Assembly (NCBI RefSeq): GCF_004010195.1
Contig: NC_057756.1
Location: forward strand, 5,436,093-5,500,092
DNA length: 64,000 nt
Reading direction: 5' to 3'
DNA from: Chiloscyllium plagiosum
Taxonomy: Eukaryota
The translations under genes and the position numbers were made by a program. The notes below the pieces were generated by a model, which was given only the letters and a program-made list of their open reading frames with translations, did no database searches and was not told the DNA's origin. Numbering within the stretch: position 1 is the first letter of the stretch; the number at the start of each line of letters is the position of its first letter. Below, piece by piece: positions 49,201 through 62,090 of the stretch.

Positions 49201-50022
49201 CCAACCTAGGATAAATCTGGCCTGGTCCTGGGGACTTATCAATCTTAATGTTTTCCAAAATTTCCAACACATCAACTTCATCAATTTTGATCCGGTCAAG
49301 ACTGTATCCCAGCTCCTCGAAGTCTTCTTCATTAACAACAAGGTCCGTTTCCTTAGTGAAAACCAAAGCAAAAAATTCCTTTAGGCCTTCCCCTATCTGC
49401 TCAGACTGCAAGTTCCCTCCGCTACCCCTGACCGGCCCTACCTTCTCCCTGATCATTCTCTTATTCCTCACGTATGAGTAAAATGCTTTTTGGTTCTCCC
49501 TAATCCTTCCTGCCAAGCCTTTTTTGTGCCCCCTCCTGGCTCTCCTCAGTTCATTTCTGAGTTCCTTTCTAGCAAGCCTGTAATCCTCTAAAGCTGGGCT
49601 AGATCCTTGCTTCCTCCACCTCATGTAAGCTGCCTTCTTCCTTTTGACGAGAAGCTCCTCTGTTCTTGTCATCCAAGGCTCCTTAATCTTACCCCTTCTT
49701 ACCAGTCTCAGAGGAACAAATTTGTGCATCACTCACAACAACTGCTCCTTAAATAGTCTCCACATGTCTGCTGTGCCCTGTGGAACAATTGCTCCCAGTC
49801 TGTACTTCCCAACTCCTGTCTGATAGCGTCATAATTTGCTTTTCCCCAAATAAATGTCTTCCTTTGGTAACTGCTCCTTTCACTCTCCAAGGTCAAGGCT
49901 AAACGTGAGGTAGTTGTGATCACTTTCACCAAAGTGCTCTCCCACCGCGCGATCTGACACCTGTCCTGGCTCGTTGCCGAGCACCAAATCCAAAATGGTC
50001 TCTCCCCTTTTTGGTCTGTCTA
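46236..50022 (-). mobile_element. CR1 LINE with internal ~1.46-kb duplication across an N-gap, inserted in an older CR1
   Basis: RT ORFs at 46503-47669 and 48283-49371; 47160-48360 is repeated at 48621-49830. Confidence 0.92.
48362..48620. other. Assembly gap inside the duplicated CR1
   Basis: N run. Confidence 1.
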
Positions 50023-51410
50023 CCCTCTCTAAAGCTTCCACATCCTTCCTATAATATGGTGACCAGAACTGAACACAATATTCCAAATGTGGTCTCACCA
50101 GAGAGCTAAAGAGCTGCAGCAAAACCTCATGGCTCTTAAACTCAATCCCCTTGCTAATGAAAGCCAACACACCATATGCCTTCTTAACAACCCTAACAAC
50201 TTGGGTGGCAACTTTGAGGGATCTACAAACGTGGACCCCAAGATCCCTCTGTTCTTCTACACTGCTAAGAATTCTGCCTTTAATCCTGTATTCTGCCTTC
50301 AAATTCGACCTTCCAAAGTGAATGACTTTACACTTTTCCAGGCTGAACTCCATCTGCCAATTATCAATCCAGCTCTGCATCATGAGCCTCATTTCTGATA
50401 AAGGGAATTATGCCCATAACAAACTCTCCTGCTCCTTGGATGCTGCCTTACCAGCTGTGACTTTTCAGCACCAAACTTTTCTACTTAGTTCTGTATCCTG
50501 TCAATGTCCAGTTGCAACATACCACAGCCGTCCACACTATCCACAACTCCACCACCTTCACGTCACTGACAAACTTACTAACACACCCTTCCACTTCCTC
50601 ATCCAAGTCATTTATAAAAATCACAAAGAGCAGAGGTCCCAGAACTGATCCCTGCGGATCACCACTGGTCACCAAGCTCCAGGCTAAATATTTTCTATTT
50701 ATCACACCCTCTATCTTCTATAGGTTAGCCAATTCTATTATCCAGACAGACAGGTTCCCTGTATCCCATGCCTCCTTACTTTCTGAATGAGCTGACAATG
50801 GGGAACTTTATCAAATGCCCTGCTAATATCCATGTACACCACATCCACTGGTCTACCTTCTTCAATGTGTTCAAAGAATTCAATAGGGTTTGAGAGTCAT
50901 TACCTGCCCCTCACAAAGCTGTGCTGACTATCTCTAATCAAACTATGATTTTCCAAGTAATCGTAAGTCCTGTCTCTCAGAATCCTCTCCAATAATTTGC
51001 CCACCACTGACGTTAAGACTGACAGGTCTGTAATTCCTAGAATTATCCTATCCCTTTCTTGAACAAGGGAACAACATTTGCCACCCTCCAATCATCTGGT
51101 ACTACTCCAGTAGGCAATGAGGACGCAAAGATCTTTGCCAAAGATGCAGCAATCTCTTCTCTCATTTCCTGTAGAAATCTTGAGTATACCCCATCTGGCC
51201 TAGGGGATTGACCTCTGCTTATGTTTTTTAAAGTTTTCAGCACATCCTCCTTCCTAACATCAACCTGTTTTAGCAGATTGTTTTGTTTCACACTGTCCTC
51301 AGAAATATCAAGGTCTCTGTCAGTCGTGAATACTAAAGCAAAGTATTCATTAAGGACCTCCCCTACTTCCTCTGACTTCAGGCACAAGTCCCCTTCACTA
51401 TCCCTGATCC
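50023..51410 (-). mobile_element. Older CR1 (host); its 3' part continues at about 45780-46235
   Basis: Host reads ...ggtaaatgtcctct | accctctctaaagcttccac..., contiguous once the insert is removed. Confidence 0.85.
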
Positions 51411-51720
51411 CTTTATTATTTCAGTGGAGCTCTGCCACAGAAGATGGTAGAGACAGGATCTTTGAATATTTTTACAGTGGAATTGGATACATTTTTATTA
51501 GCTGGGGAAGTTGCGGGTGGCAAATGGGAACATGGGATTGGAAACACAAACAGATCAACTATTGAATGGCAGAGCAGAGCTCAAAGGACTAAGGGGCCCA
51601 CTGTTATTTGGATGGAAATCAGGAGCTTGTAGGAACCCAAGACCCTATACCCTCCGTCTCACCATCACCCCCCAGGAATAAGAAGGATCAACACAGACAG
51701 ATGATTGAACTGCACCAGAC

Positions 51721-51905
51721 CTGGAGTTTGTTACCGCAGGTGATTCTGTTACTGACAAACGGAAAGATCACTCGGCCTCGGCTAGTGCTTCCCACACAAC
51801 TGGGGTCATTCAGATGTAAGCTATCGGTGGAGAGTCCAACATCAAACAACATGCAGCGGGAGAGGGATACTGCACTGCCAGTGCCGTTACAGCTCAGAGA
51901 GTAAT
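51721..51905 (-). CDS. ZP-domain gene: ZP-N exon 1
   Basis: (D)YSLSCNGTGSAVSLSRCMLFDVGLSTDSLHLNDPSCVG...TCGNKLQ; the LHLNDPSC motif is typical of ZP-N. ttgcag and gtctgg boundaries, phase 1-0. Confidence 0.9.
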
Positions 51906-52461
51906 CTGCAATTGGAGCAACACAGATTGTGAGAGAGAGAGAGTGCCTGCAGCCAAGAGGCAGTGAATCCTGAAGCAATTCGGTCCTTCATTCCACAGCA
52001 AGGCAACTTCAGGAACAGTATACTGACCCTGGAGAAAGAATTCTTCAAAGACTGACCAAAATGACTCAGGAACTCAAAAAAAGAGTGAAGATACTAAGAC
52101 AGATTATACAGACTCCGCGCAGATTCTCATGTGGAATGTTACAAGACCAAGGTAATGCAAAGCGTTTCAAATGTCAATTATTACAGCAGATACAAACTTG
52201 CTGAACTCCTCGTCTCCCTCATTCGCTGGGTTTAAGGAGATTAAGCTGTCCTCCAGTCCGTCAAGGGGACATCATTCAATAAATGTGTGACATTGTCGGG
52301 CAGTCTCGGCCAGAGTGTGGAAGAACTTTATACTTCAGTCACAGTACTGGAAATTCACTGCACAGGGACCCTCACCCGTTCTCATAGCCAGGACTGTTCC
52401 CTGCTTACAGAGGCTGTCCTTCAACAAAGCATTTCTGAGTGAGTCAACAAGATTAATCCCA

Positions 52462-52618
52462 TAACAACCGAAAGAACTGAGGATGCTGTAAATCAGAAAC
52501 AAAAAATTAAAAATCAGAAATTACTGGAAAAGCTCAGAACTGGAAGGGTCACTCGAGCTGAAACATTAACTCTGATTTCTCTCCAAAAGGTGCTGCCAGA
52601 TATGCTGAGCTTTATCTG
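52462..52618 (+). mobile_element. Short Penelope-derived element (family of 3848), degenerate
   Basis: 12-bp TSD agattaatccca (52450-52461, 52619-52630). Confidence 0.75.
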
Positions 52619-53129
52619 AGATTAATCCCACGACTGGAGAACTCAAGAGGGAGGGCGAGGTAACTTGCAAATTGGAAGCAAGTTGTTCCACTGGGGAACA
52701 ACTTCCTCAGCAGCCAAGGGATCTCCCTCCAAAGAGGTGCAAGTTGCAAGGAGATAGTTGGAGTTTCCCTGGACCGAGAAAGGAAGATGTTCCCCGATGC
52801 TGGGAAATGGAGGGATACAGAACTAAATTCCTACACTGTTCCAATGCACTTTGGTCAAACAGTTTCTCTAATGGCATCTTCCTGTGCCCAAAATTCAAGA
52901 TTCTCACTGGCTATTAGCTCAGGGAACAGCTTCCCATCTTCAAAAGATGCTTCACATCAGACCTTTTAAAGAATTCATCCCTGGAGTCTTCATTGCTGAC
53001 TGCTTGATCAATATTTAACCATGCAGTGTACAGTGAACAATCAATCCCATTGCTGTGGGTCTGGAGTCATATGTAGACCAGACCAGGTAGGAGCAGCAGA
53101 TTTCCTGCCCTGAAGGACATTACTGAACC

Positions 53130-53420
53130 AGATTAGATTCTCTACAGTTTGGAAACAGCCATTTGGCCTAACAAGTCCACACTGACCATCCCATCCAGAC
53201 CCCATTTCCCCGACATTTACCCCTGACTAATGCACCTAAAGCTATGGGCAATTTAGCTTGGCCAATTCACCTAACCTACACACTTTTGGACTGTGGGAGG
53301 AAACCGGAGCAGCCGGAGGAAAACCGCGCAGACACGGGGAGAATGTGCAAACTCCACACAGACAATCATCCGAGGCTGAAATCGAACCCCAGTCCTTATT
53401 GCTGTGTGAGGCAGCAGTGC
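53130..53420 (-). mobile_element. HE1-type SINE, head truncated
   Basis: ggactgtgggaggaaaccggag...tgcaaactccacacagac. Confidence 0.8.
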
Positions 53421-54439
53421 CTCCCTGTACTAGATTTTCAATTCCAGATTTTTATTGAATTAACGTTCCAGCATCTGCCTCAGTGGGATCTGAACCCATG
53501 TCCCCAGCACATTCACATGAGGTTCAGGATAACTACTTACATTAATACTACATCAGCACCTCCCTCATGCTCTGCTAATGGTAATATCACTGGGTTTGTG
53601 ATCCAGAGCTCGAGGTTAATGCCATTGGATAGGGATTCACATTCCACCACAGCAGCTTAAATTCTATCACACTCCCCTGGGGTAGTGCACTGGAAATCAG
53701 ATCTCATTATTCCTGAATTTATTAAAGTTATGGATTTTTAACTGAAAGATTCCTGAATTTTCCAACCTTTCAGACCTAGGTTCACAGAAAGCGTGGATCA
53801 CGTTCCTGTAGTGAACCAAAAATCTATTGGTTAGAAGGGATTTAAATAACTAGGTGGTTGTTTTGGACCAGTAAAAACTCGATCCACTGTTTTCGATGCT
53901 AAAGGGCTGTTTTCAATGCTCTGGACGTTTATTACTCAATGACAAGTAAATAGAGTTTAGTTACACATAACAATTATAAGCTGTTGGCATACAAGTCTGC
54001 AAATTAAGACACTAATCACTTTATAAAATCCCCCTTAACAGGCACACACACACACACAGATAAAGGATTATGATCAGAGAGAACACTGGGAAAGCCGCTC
54101 AGCGATTGTTGTCGGGTCAATTCTTTTGCCAGTCAGAATGCTGCTTCTCAGTTGTCCTTCTCTGGAAGAATTCATCAGTTTGCGAGGGGCACAGGGTGAC
54201 TGGTTTACTGATAAAAAGGTCTCTTCCTTAATGAAAAGTTGCAGCTTACAACAATGTTCAGAGCAAGTTAAACTGGTATTCTTCAGATTTAAAGTGGCTT
54301 ATTGCAGAGAACTGAGAAAGTTCTGAGCTGGAGGTCAGATGACTTTTCCATATCTTGTTCACAGCCCAGGCTTTTTTTTTTTTACCTAGCTGAGAACCAT
54401 TCACATAATTGTTGACACACTGGACGTCTTTGGCGTTGG

Positions 54440-56820
54440 TCATAGAGACAGAGCTGTACAGCATGGAAATAAACCTTTCAGTCCAACTCATCCATGCTGA
54501 CCAGATATTTGAAATTAATCTAGTCCCATTTGCCAGCTTTTGGCCCATATCCCCAGAATTATCTCCGTAATGGCACTGTGGGTCAACCCACAGTAGGTGG
54601 ACTGCAGCGGTTCAGAAAGACAGCTCACCAACACCTTCTGAAGTGCAACTAGGGACAGGGTAATAAATGCTGGCCCAGCCAGTCATGTCTACATCCCATG
54701 AATGAATAAACTTCCCTCTAAACCCTTTCTATTTATGTACCCACCCAGATGCCTTTTAAATGTTGTAATTGTATCAGCTTCCACCACTTCCTCTGGCAGC
54801 TCATTCCATACACACACACCACCCTCTGCGTGAAAAAATTGCCTTTTAGGTCTGTTTCATATCTTTTCCCTCTCACCCTAAACCTATGCCCTCTAGTGCT
54901 TGTCTCCCCCACCACAGGGAAAGATCTTGTCTATTTACCCTATCCATGCCCCTCATGATTTTATAAACCGCTATAAGGTTATCCCTCAGCCTCCGACGTT
55001 CCAGAGAAAACAGCCCCAACCTATTCAGACTGTACAAGAAGGGTAGTAGGGATATTCTGGGTAACTACAGACCAGTGAGCCTGACATTAGTGGTGGGAAT
55101 GTTGCTGGAGAAGGTACTGAGGGATAGGATCTTTTTATATTTAGAAAAGAATGGGCTTATCAGTAATAGGCAACATGGATCTGTGCAGGGGAGATCGTGC
55201 CTTACCAACTTAATAAAGTTCTTTGAGGAAGTAACCAGGTTGATAGATAAAGGAAGGGCTGTTGATGTCATATACATGGACTTTAGTAAGGCGTTTGATA
55301 AGGTTCCCCATGGTAAACTAATAGAGAAAGTGAGGTCACATGGTATGCAGGGTGTTCTAGCTAGGTGGACAAAGAACTGGTTGACCAACAGGAGACAGAG
55401 AGGAGTAGTTGAAGGGAGTTTCTCGAAATGGAGAAAAGTGACCAATGGATCAGTATTGGGCCCACTGTTGTTTGTGATATACATAAATGATCTGGAAGAG
55501 GGCACTGTTGGTATGATCAGCAAGTTTGCAGATGATACGAAGATTGGTGGAGTAGCAGAAAGCATAAGGGACTGTCAAAGAATACAGGAGGGTATAGATA
55601 GACTGGAGAGTTGGGCTGAAAAGTGACAGAGTTCAATCCAGACATGTAAGGTGATGCATTTAGACAAGTCTAATTCTAGAGCGAATTGTACATTGAACGG
55701 AAGAGCCTTGGGAAAAGTTGATGGGCAGAGAGACCTGGGAGTGCAGGTCCATTGTACCCTGAAGGTTGCTGCACAGGGGGATAGAGTGGTCAAGAAGGCA
55801 TATGGTATGCTTGCATTCATTGCCAGAGTATAAGAGCTGGCAAGTCATGTTAAAATTGTACAAGACATTGGCTCAGCCACATTTGGAATACTGTGTACAG
55901 TTCTGGTCACCACATTACCAAAAGGATGGGGACACTTTGGAGAGGGTGCAGAGAAGGTTTACAAGGATGTTACCTGGTATGGAAAGTGTTAGCTATGAAG
56001 AGACGTTGAGTAGGTTAAGTTTGTTTTCATTAAAAAAAAAGGAGATTGAGGGGGAGCTGATTAAGGCTTACAAAATCATTAAGGGTATAGACAGGATGGA
56101 TAAGCTTTTTCCCAGGGTGAAGGATTTAATAACAAGAAGTCACGCTTTCAAGGCGAGAGGTGAAAAGTTTAAGGGGGATACACGTGGCAAGTACTTTACA
56201 CAGAAGGTGGTGGGCGTCTGGAACGCGTAGCCAGCAGAGGTGGTAGAGGCAGGTACGGTAGATTCATTTAAGATGCGTCTGGACAGATTCATGAGTAGGT
56301 GGGGAGCAGAGGGATACAGATGCTTAGGAATTGGGAAACAGGTTTAGATAGTAGATTTGGATAGGCTCAGACTTGGAGGGCTGAAGGGCCTGTTCTTGGG
56401 CTGTAAATTTTCTTTGTTCTTCTTTGTCCATATAGTTCAAACTCTCCAACCCTGGCAACATCCTTGTCAATCTTTTCCGAACCCCTTAAATATTTCACAA
56501 CATCTTTCCAATATCAAGGAGATCAAAATTGCACACAGTATTCCAGAAGTGGCCTAACCAATGTCCTGGAAAAGCATAGCAGGTCAGGCAGCATCCGAGG
56601 AGCAGGAATATCGACATTTGATGACGGGCTCCTGCCCAAAACATCTATTTTCCCGCTCCTCGGATGCTGCCCGACCTGCTGTGCTTTTCCAGCACCACTC
56701 TAATCTGGACTCTAATCTCCAGCATCTGCAGTCCTCACTTTCACCTAATCAATGTCCTGTACAGCCACAATATGATCTCCCAACTCCTATACTCAGTACA
56801 CTGACCAATAAAGGCAAACG
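54440..56820. mobile_element. Minus-strand CR1 3' fragment with a plus-strand CR1 (about 55031-56425) nested inside
   Basis: Plus-strand RT: QHG..GRSCLTNL, DFSKAFDKVPH, KFADDTK. Flanks are contiguous minus-strand CR1. Confidence 0.9.
56569..56743. mobile_element. Fold-back Penelope-derived element inside a CR1
   Basis: TSD cctaaYcaatgtcctg (56553-56568, 56744-56759). Confidence 0.8.
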
Positions 56821-57047
56821 TGTGTGACTGGTCATTAAACCACAAATTAATCAGCTCAGTGCCAAAAAAAGCTCCATTTGTACACAATTCCAGTTTATCT
56901 GTAATTTACATTTCAATTGCTGATTCAACAAGCAGCTGTGTAAATTATGCTGTACAACGAGGGTCAAATTACTTACTTTCTCAGCATGTAGCAATCCCTG
57001 CAACCTCTAAATTGGAAATAGTCCCTTTACTGTTTCAATCCACAATT

Positions 57048-59677
57048 AGAGTCAGAGACGTACAGCATGGAAACAGACCCTTCAATCCAACTCGTCAATG
57101 CCGACCACATATCCTAAACAAATCTAGTCCCATTTGCCAGCATTTGGCCCATATCCCTCGAAAGCCTTCCTATTCATGCACCCATCCTAGTGCCTTTTAC
57201 TAGATCATATCCTGATCACTTCTTCTGGCAGCTCACTCCATACAAGCACCACCCTCTGTGGAAAAAGTTGCCTCTTAAGTCCCTTTTAAATCTTTCCCCT
57301 CTCACCTTAAACCTATGCCCTCTCGTTCTGGTCTCCCCATCCCAGGGAAAAGATCTTGTCTATTTACCTTATCCCTGCCCCGAATGATTTTATAAACCTC
57401 TATAAGGTGACCCCTCAGCCTCCGACGCTCCAGGGAAAACAGTCCCAGCCTGTTCAGCCTCTCCCTGTAGCTCAGATCCTCCAACCCTGGCAACATCCTT
57501 GTAAATCTTTTCTGAACCCTTTCAAGTTTCACAACATTATTCCTACAGCAGGGAGACCAGAATTTCACACAATGTTCCAACAGTGGCCTAACCAATGTCC
57601 TGTACAGCTGCAACATGACCTCCCAACTTCTGTACTCAATACTCTGACCAATAAAGGAAAGCATACCAAACACCTTCTTCACGATCCTATCTACCTGCGA
57701 ATTTCAAGGAACTATGAACCTGTACTCCAAGGTCTCCGTTCAGCAACATTCCCCAGCACCTTACCACTAAGTGTATAAGTCCTGCCCTGATTTGCCTTTC
57801 CAAAATGCAGCACCTCGCATTTATCTAAATTAAACGCCATATGTTACTCCTCAGCCCATTAGCCCATCTGATCAAGATCCTGTTGTAATCTGAGGTAACC
57901 TTCTTTGCTATCCACAACATCTCAAAGTGGGCGGCACGGTGGGTCAGTGGTTAGCACTGCTGCCTCACAGCGCCAGAGACCCAGGTTCAATTCCTGCCTC
58001 AGGTGACTGACTGTGTGGAGTTTGCACATTCTCCCAGTGTCTGCGTGGGTTTGCTCCGGTTCCCTCCCACAGTCCAAAGATGTGCAAGTTAGGTGAATTG
58101 GCCATGCTAAATTGCCCGTAGCGTTAGGTGAAGGGGTATGGGTTGGTTGTGCTTTGGCAGGTCGGTGTGGACTTGTTGGGCCGAAGGGCCTGTTTCCACG
58201 CTGTAAGTAATCTAATCTCCAATTTTAGTCTCATCTGCAAAATTACTAACTGTACCTCTTATGCTCTCATCCAAATCATTTATATGAATGATGAAAAGTA
58301 GAGGGCCCAGCACCGATCCTTGTGGCACTCCACTGGTCACAGGCCTCCAGTCTGAAAAACAACCCTCCGCCACCACCCTCTGTCTTCTACCTTTGAGCCA
58401 CTTCTGTATCCAAATGGCTAGTTTCTCCCAGTATTCCATGAGATCTAACCTTGCCAACCAGTCTCCCATAGGGAACCTAGTTGAACGCCTTACTGAAGTC
58501 CATATAGATCACGTCCACCTCTCTGTGCTAATCAATCCTTTTTGTTACTTGTTCAAAAAACTCAATCAAGTTTGTGAGACATGCTTTCCAGTGCACAAAG
58601 CCACGTTGGCTATCCCTAATCATTCCTTGCCTTTCCAAATACATATAAATGTTGATTGGAATGGATGGATTGGACCGAAGGGTCTGTTTCCGCGTTGTCA
58701 TCTCTATGACTCTACGACTCTATATTCTTGATCTGTTTAGCCCTAAGAATTATATATAACTCTTTCTTGAAAAGATTCAATGTTTTGACTTGAATTGCTT
58801 TTTGTAGCAGAGAATTCCACAGGCTCACCACTCTATGAAGAAAGAAAATTCTCCTCACTTCAGTCCTAAATGGCTTATCCTGTCTCCTTATGCTGTGATC
58901 ATTTGATTCTGGACTCTCTGTTTTTCAGGAACATCCTCCTGGTGTTTACACTGTTTAGTACTGTTTAGAGTTCTAAACTCCCATGAATATAATACCAACT
59001 GATCATGCATCGGTTCTCAGGAATCAGTCTGGTAAAAGTATCGCTGCACTCTCTCCATCCCCAGAACATCCTTCCTCAGGTACAGAGACCTTAACTGACC
59101 ACAGTACTGCAGGTGTGCTCTCACCAAGGCCATGGACAACTGCAGCAAGACATTTTTGGTCCTGTACTTAAATCCTCTCACTACGAAGGCCAACACACCA
59201 TTTGCCTTCTTCATTGCCTGCTGAACCTGCCTGCATACTTTCAGAGACTGGTGTACAAGGAACTCATTGCACCTCACTCTTTCCCTAACCTATCTCCATT
59301 TGGATAATAATCTGCCATGTGCTTTTTGCTACCAAAACGGATAACCTCACAATTATTCACATTATCGTGCATCTGCCATACAGTTGCCCACTCACTGTCC
59401 AAATCACTCTGCAACATCTCTGAATCCATGTCACGGCTCACCCTCCCAACCAGCTTTGTGTGGTCTGCAAATTTTACAACTAGTTCCCTTATCTAAAATG
59501 ACTGATGTATAGCATGAATATCTGGGGTCCCTGCGACACCCCATTAATCACTGCCTGTCACTGGGAAAAATATCTGTGTATTCCTTCTCTGTTTCCTGTC
59601 TGCCAACCCGTTCTCTATGCACGTCAGTACACTATCCCCAATCCCATGAGCTTTAATTTTACATGCTAATCTCTGGC
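57048..59677 (-). mobile_element. Two CR1 fragments in series
   Basis: [31 protein letters not shown]; a second, degenerate copy at about 58700-59677. Confidence 0.85.
57928..58218 (+). mobile_element. HE1-type SINE nested in a CR1
   Basis: Full SINE interrupting minus-strand RT sequence. Confidence 0.9.
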
Positions 59678-59690
59678 AAGAGTCTGTAGC

Positions 59691-59904
59691 TGAAAATGTG
59701 TTGCTGGAAAAGCGCTGCAGGTCAGGCAGCATTCAGGGAACAGGAGAATCGTCGTTTCGGGCATAAGCCCTTCTTCAGGAACCCAGGCTTATGCCCGAAA
59801 CGTCGATTCTCCTGCTCCCTGGATGCTGCCTGACCTGCTGCGCTTTTCCAACAACACATTTTCAGCTCTGATCTCCAGCATCTGCAGTCCTCACTCTCTC
59901 CTCA
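59691..59904. mobile_element. Fold-back Penelope-derived element
   Basis: Near-identical to the 11098 copy; 13-bp TSD aagagtctgtagc (59678-59690, 59905-59917). Confidence 0.88.
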
Positions 59905-60214
59905 AAGAGTCTGTAGCCTCAGGCCAGGGCTGTATGCTTGGGTATCAACTAGATTCCCAGCTTGAGACTTATTTCAATGCAGCTGAATATCAACATTGGC
60001 CATTCTCTGCTGACTGGGATCGAAAAGATTGTTTCTCAGAACATTTCCAGTGAGGCTGAAGAGACTAATTATCGAAGGTGCATTTCAGAAAATAAGGAAT
60101 CTGTAATTCCTGAGAAGGGTGAAGGTTTAGAAACTGAATATTGAAACAAAAGGGGATAAAGATTTGCACTAGTGAGATTATGATATATTCAGCCAGGATG
60201 CAGGAGCGACTCAC

Positions 60215-60343
60215 CGAAGGTGTTGTCGATCCTGGAACGTGTCTGGTTAGTGCAAACACAGCCAATGTTCCCATGACGTTGACCACATCTCTCCCACTCA
60301 GTGCAACCCTGATCTGCACAAGGGTCTGGGAAGGATCCACCAA
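60215..60343 (-). CDS. ZP-domain gene (uromodulin/GP2/alpha-tectorin-like): EGF-like exon
   Basis: tttttcag acceptor, G|gtgagt donor, phase 1-1. (V)GGSFPDPCADQGCTEWERCGQRHGNIGCVCTNQTRSRIDNTF. Confidence 0.85.
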
Positions 60344-60528
60344 CTGAAAAAGGAAACTTTCAGAGGAAATTAAACAAGTCCCCAAAACCCTGTCACCATA
60401 ATAAAACAAAATCCAAGTGTTTGCAAAGAGCAGACGATGAAACGGAGGACAATGCTGAGAGATGTACACAACATACTCAAATAAAAAAGCTGTGGAGATA
60501 GGGAGGGAGTTAAAATTCAGAGTGAACG

Positions 60529-60832
60529 CTTTACTCTGTATCTAACCTCATGCTGTTACTGTCCTTGTCCCTGTCAGTGTTTGATGGGCGGACAGTGTAG
60601 AAGGAGCTTTACTCTGTATCTAACCCCGTGCTGTCCCTGTCCCTGTCCCTGTCCCTGGGAGTGTTTGATATGGGGACAGTGTAGAGGGAGCTTTACTCTG
60701 TATCTAACCCCGTGCTGTCCCTGTCCCTGGGAGTGTTTGATGGGGGACAGTGTAGAGGGAGCTTTACTCTGTATCTAACCCCGTGCTGTCCCTGTCCTGG
60801 GAGTGTTTGATGGGGGGGGACAGTGTAGAGAG
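60529..60832. repeat. About 70-80-bp minisatellite
   Basis: ctttactctgtatctaaccccgtgctgtccctgtcc..gggagtgtttgatggggacagtgtagagggag, 4 copies. Confidence 0.92.
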
Positions 60833-60872
60833 AGAGTTATACTTTCAAATTAATAGAGTAAAGTGATCTAAC

Positions 60873-60911
60873 CATGTGTTTTCTGATTGCCTTCTGGTGA
60901 TTCATCTGTAG
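60873..60911 (-). CDS. Candidate 39-bp microexon of the ZP gene
   Basis: Long pyrimidine tract + atgcag, G|gttaga donor, open phase 1-1: (A)TDESPEGNQKTH. Confidence 0.45.
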
Positions 60912-61063
60912 CTGCATTTCACAAAGAAGGAGAAAAAGAGGTGAGAGGGAATTGGGCAGGGTGGGGTGGTGGGTGAGATTGACTGAGGGAATTGAAGTAT
61001 TTAAGTTAATGAATTGATTAATTATCTGACAAATTACACCGATAAAGGGGAGGGTAATTTTAC

Positions 61064-61087
61064 CTGAACTTGTCGGCAAGATGGTGG
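61064..61087 (-). CDS. Candidate 24-bp microexon of the ZP gene
   Basis: ttctcttccag acceptor, CAG|gtaaaa donor, phase 1-1: (A)TILPTSS. Confidence 0.5.
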
Positions 61088-61408
61088 CTGGAAGAGAATT
61101 TAAACAATGTCAGAATGAACACTTTTAGCCAGTCTGTAAGAGAACAGATAACCACCTTTACAGCAATTAGGTTAGATTATGAACACCTCTGTTTTAAAAC
61201 ACAAACACTGCCCTCATAAAGTCTCTTCTGGGAAATTAAGAGTGAATTTTATCCAGATCATCGAGTACCTTTAAAAACTAATTGCCTTTTGATTTATGGA
61301 ATAAATGCCTAGACAGGAAAGCATCCTAACCCACTGGATGAGTTTGATACATAAGATCAGGAGAAGGCCACTCAGCAAAGAGCATGGTTGATCTAGGAGA
61401 GATTTTGA

Positions 61409-62090
61409 AGTGGAGTGCATCATTTCTCCCTCCAACTCTATTTTGATTTAGTCCCTACCCTCCCCTTCACTGTTTTGATCACACAGCACTGTCCCTTGAT
61501 GTGAAGGGCAGTGTTTGTCACTGGCCACCCGGGTGTTTTCCTATCTTCCTGGTGGTGGAAATTGAATAAAGATTCGTGCACTTTGTGTCTTCCACTGTGT
61601 CTCACACCTGCACACACACACCATGGGTGCTGGGGATAAAATAAGCACTACCGCACTTAGGTGGTAGTGTGGGGGTTAAAAGATATAAATAGGGATTCCC
61701 CCTCTTCCGCGGAGAAAGAAAAAAAAAGCAAAAAAAAAAAAAAAATAAATAAAAGCACCCACTGTGTCTCCATTGTGTACAATTCCCCCACCCTCCCTCA
61801 CACCCCCACCCCTCGCTGTGTCCCAGGTCCTGGGCTGGAGGGGGTGGGGGGGGGCACGGGGAGTGTGTGCAGAGACTGACCGGCCATTCGACTGTGTGTC
61901 TTCATGCACAGCAAGTTCCCAGTCCCCCGGCTTCCCCTGCCCCACCCCACCCCTCACTGAGAAAGGGGCTTTTTTTCCCATCACCCCACAGTTTGGACAA
62001 AACAGGAGACCCAGGGCACAGCAAGATCCCACTGTGTTAATGACATGTAGATTAAAAAAAAAAGAAAAAAGAAAAAAGAAAAGATAAAAA
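61409..62090 (+). mobile_element. 5'-truncated Tx1/L1-like LINE end with two A-rich tails
   Basis: VECIISPSNSILI* ORF end, AATAAA, A-tails at about 61716-61753 and 62054-62090; 14-bp TSD aggagagattttga (61395-61408, 62091-62104). Confidence 0.7.

Noticed and set aside
43106-49732. RT ORFs as host genes or active elements
   Set aside because: Frameshifted, truncated CR1 ORF2 pieces; no intact ORF2.
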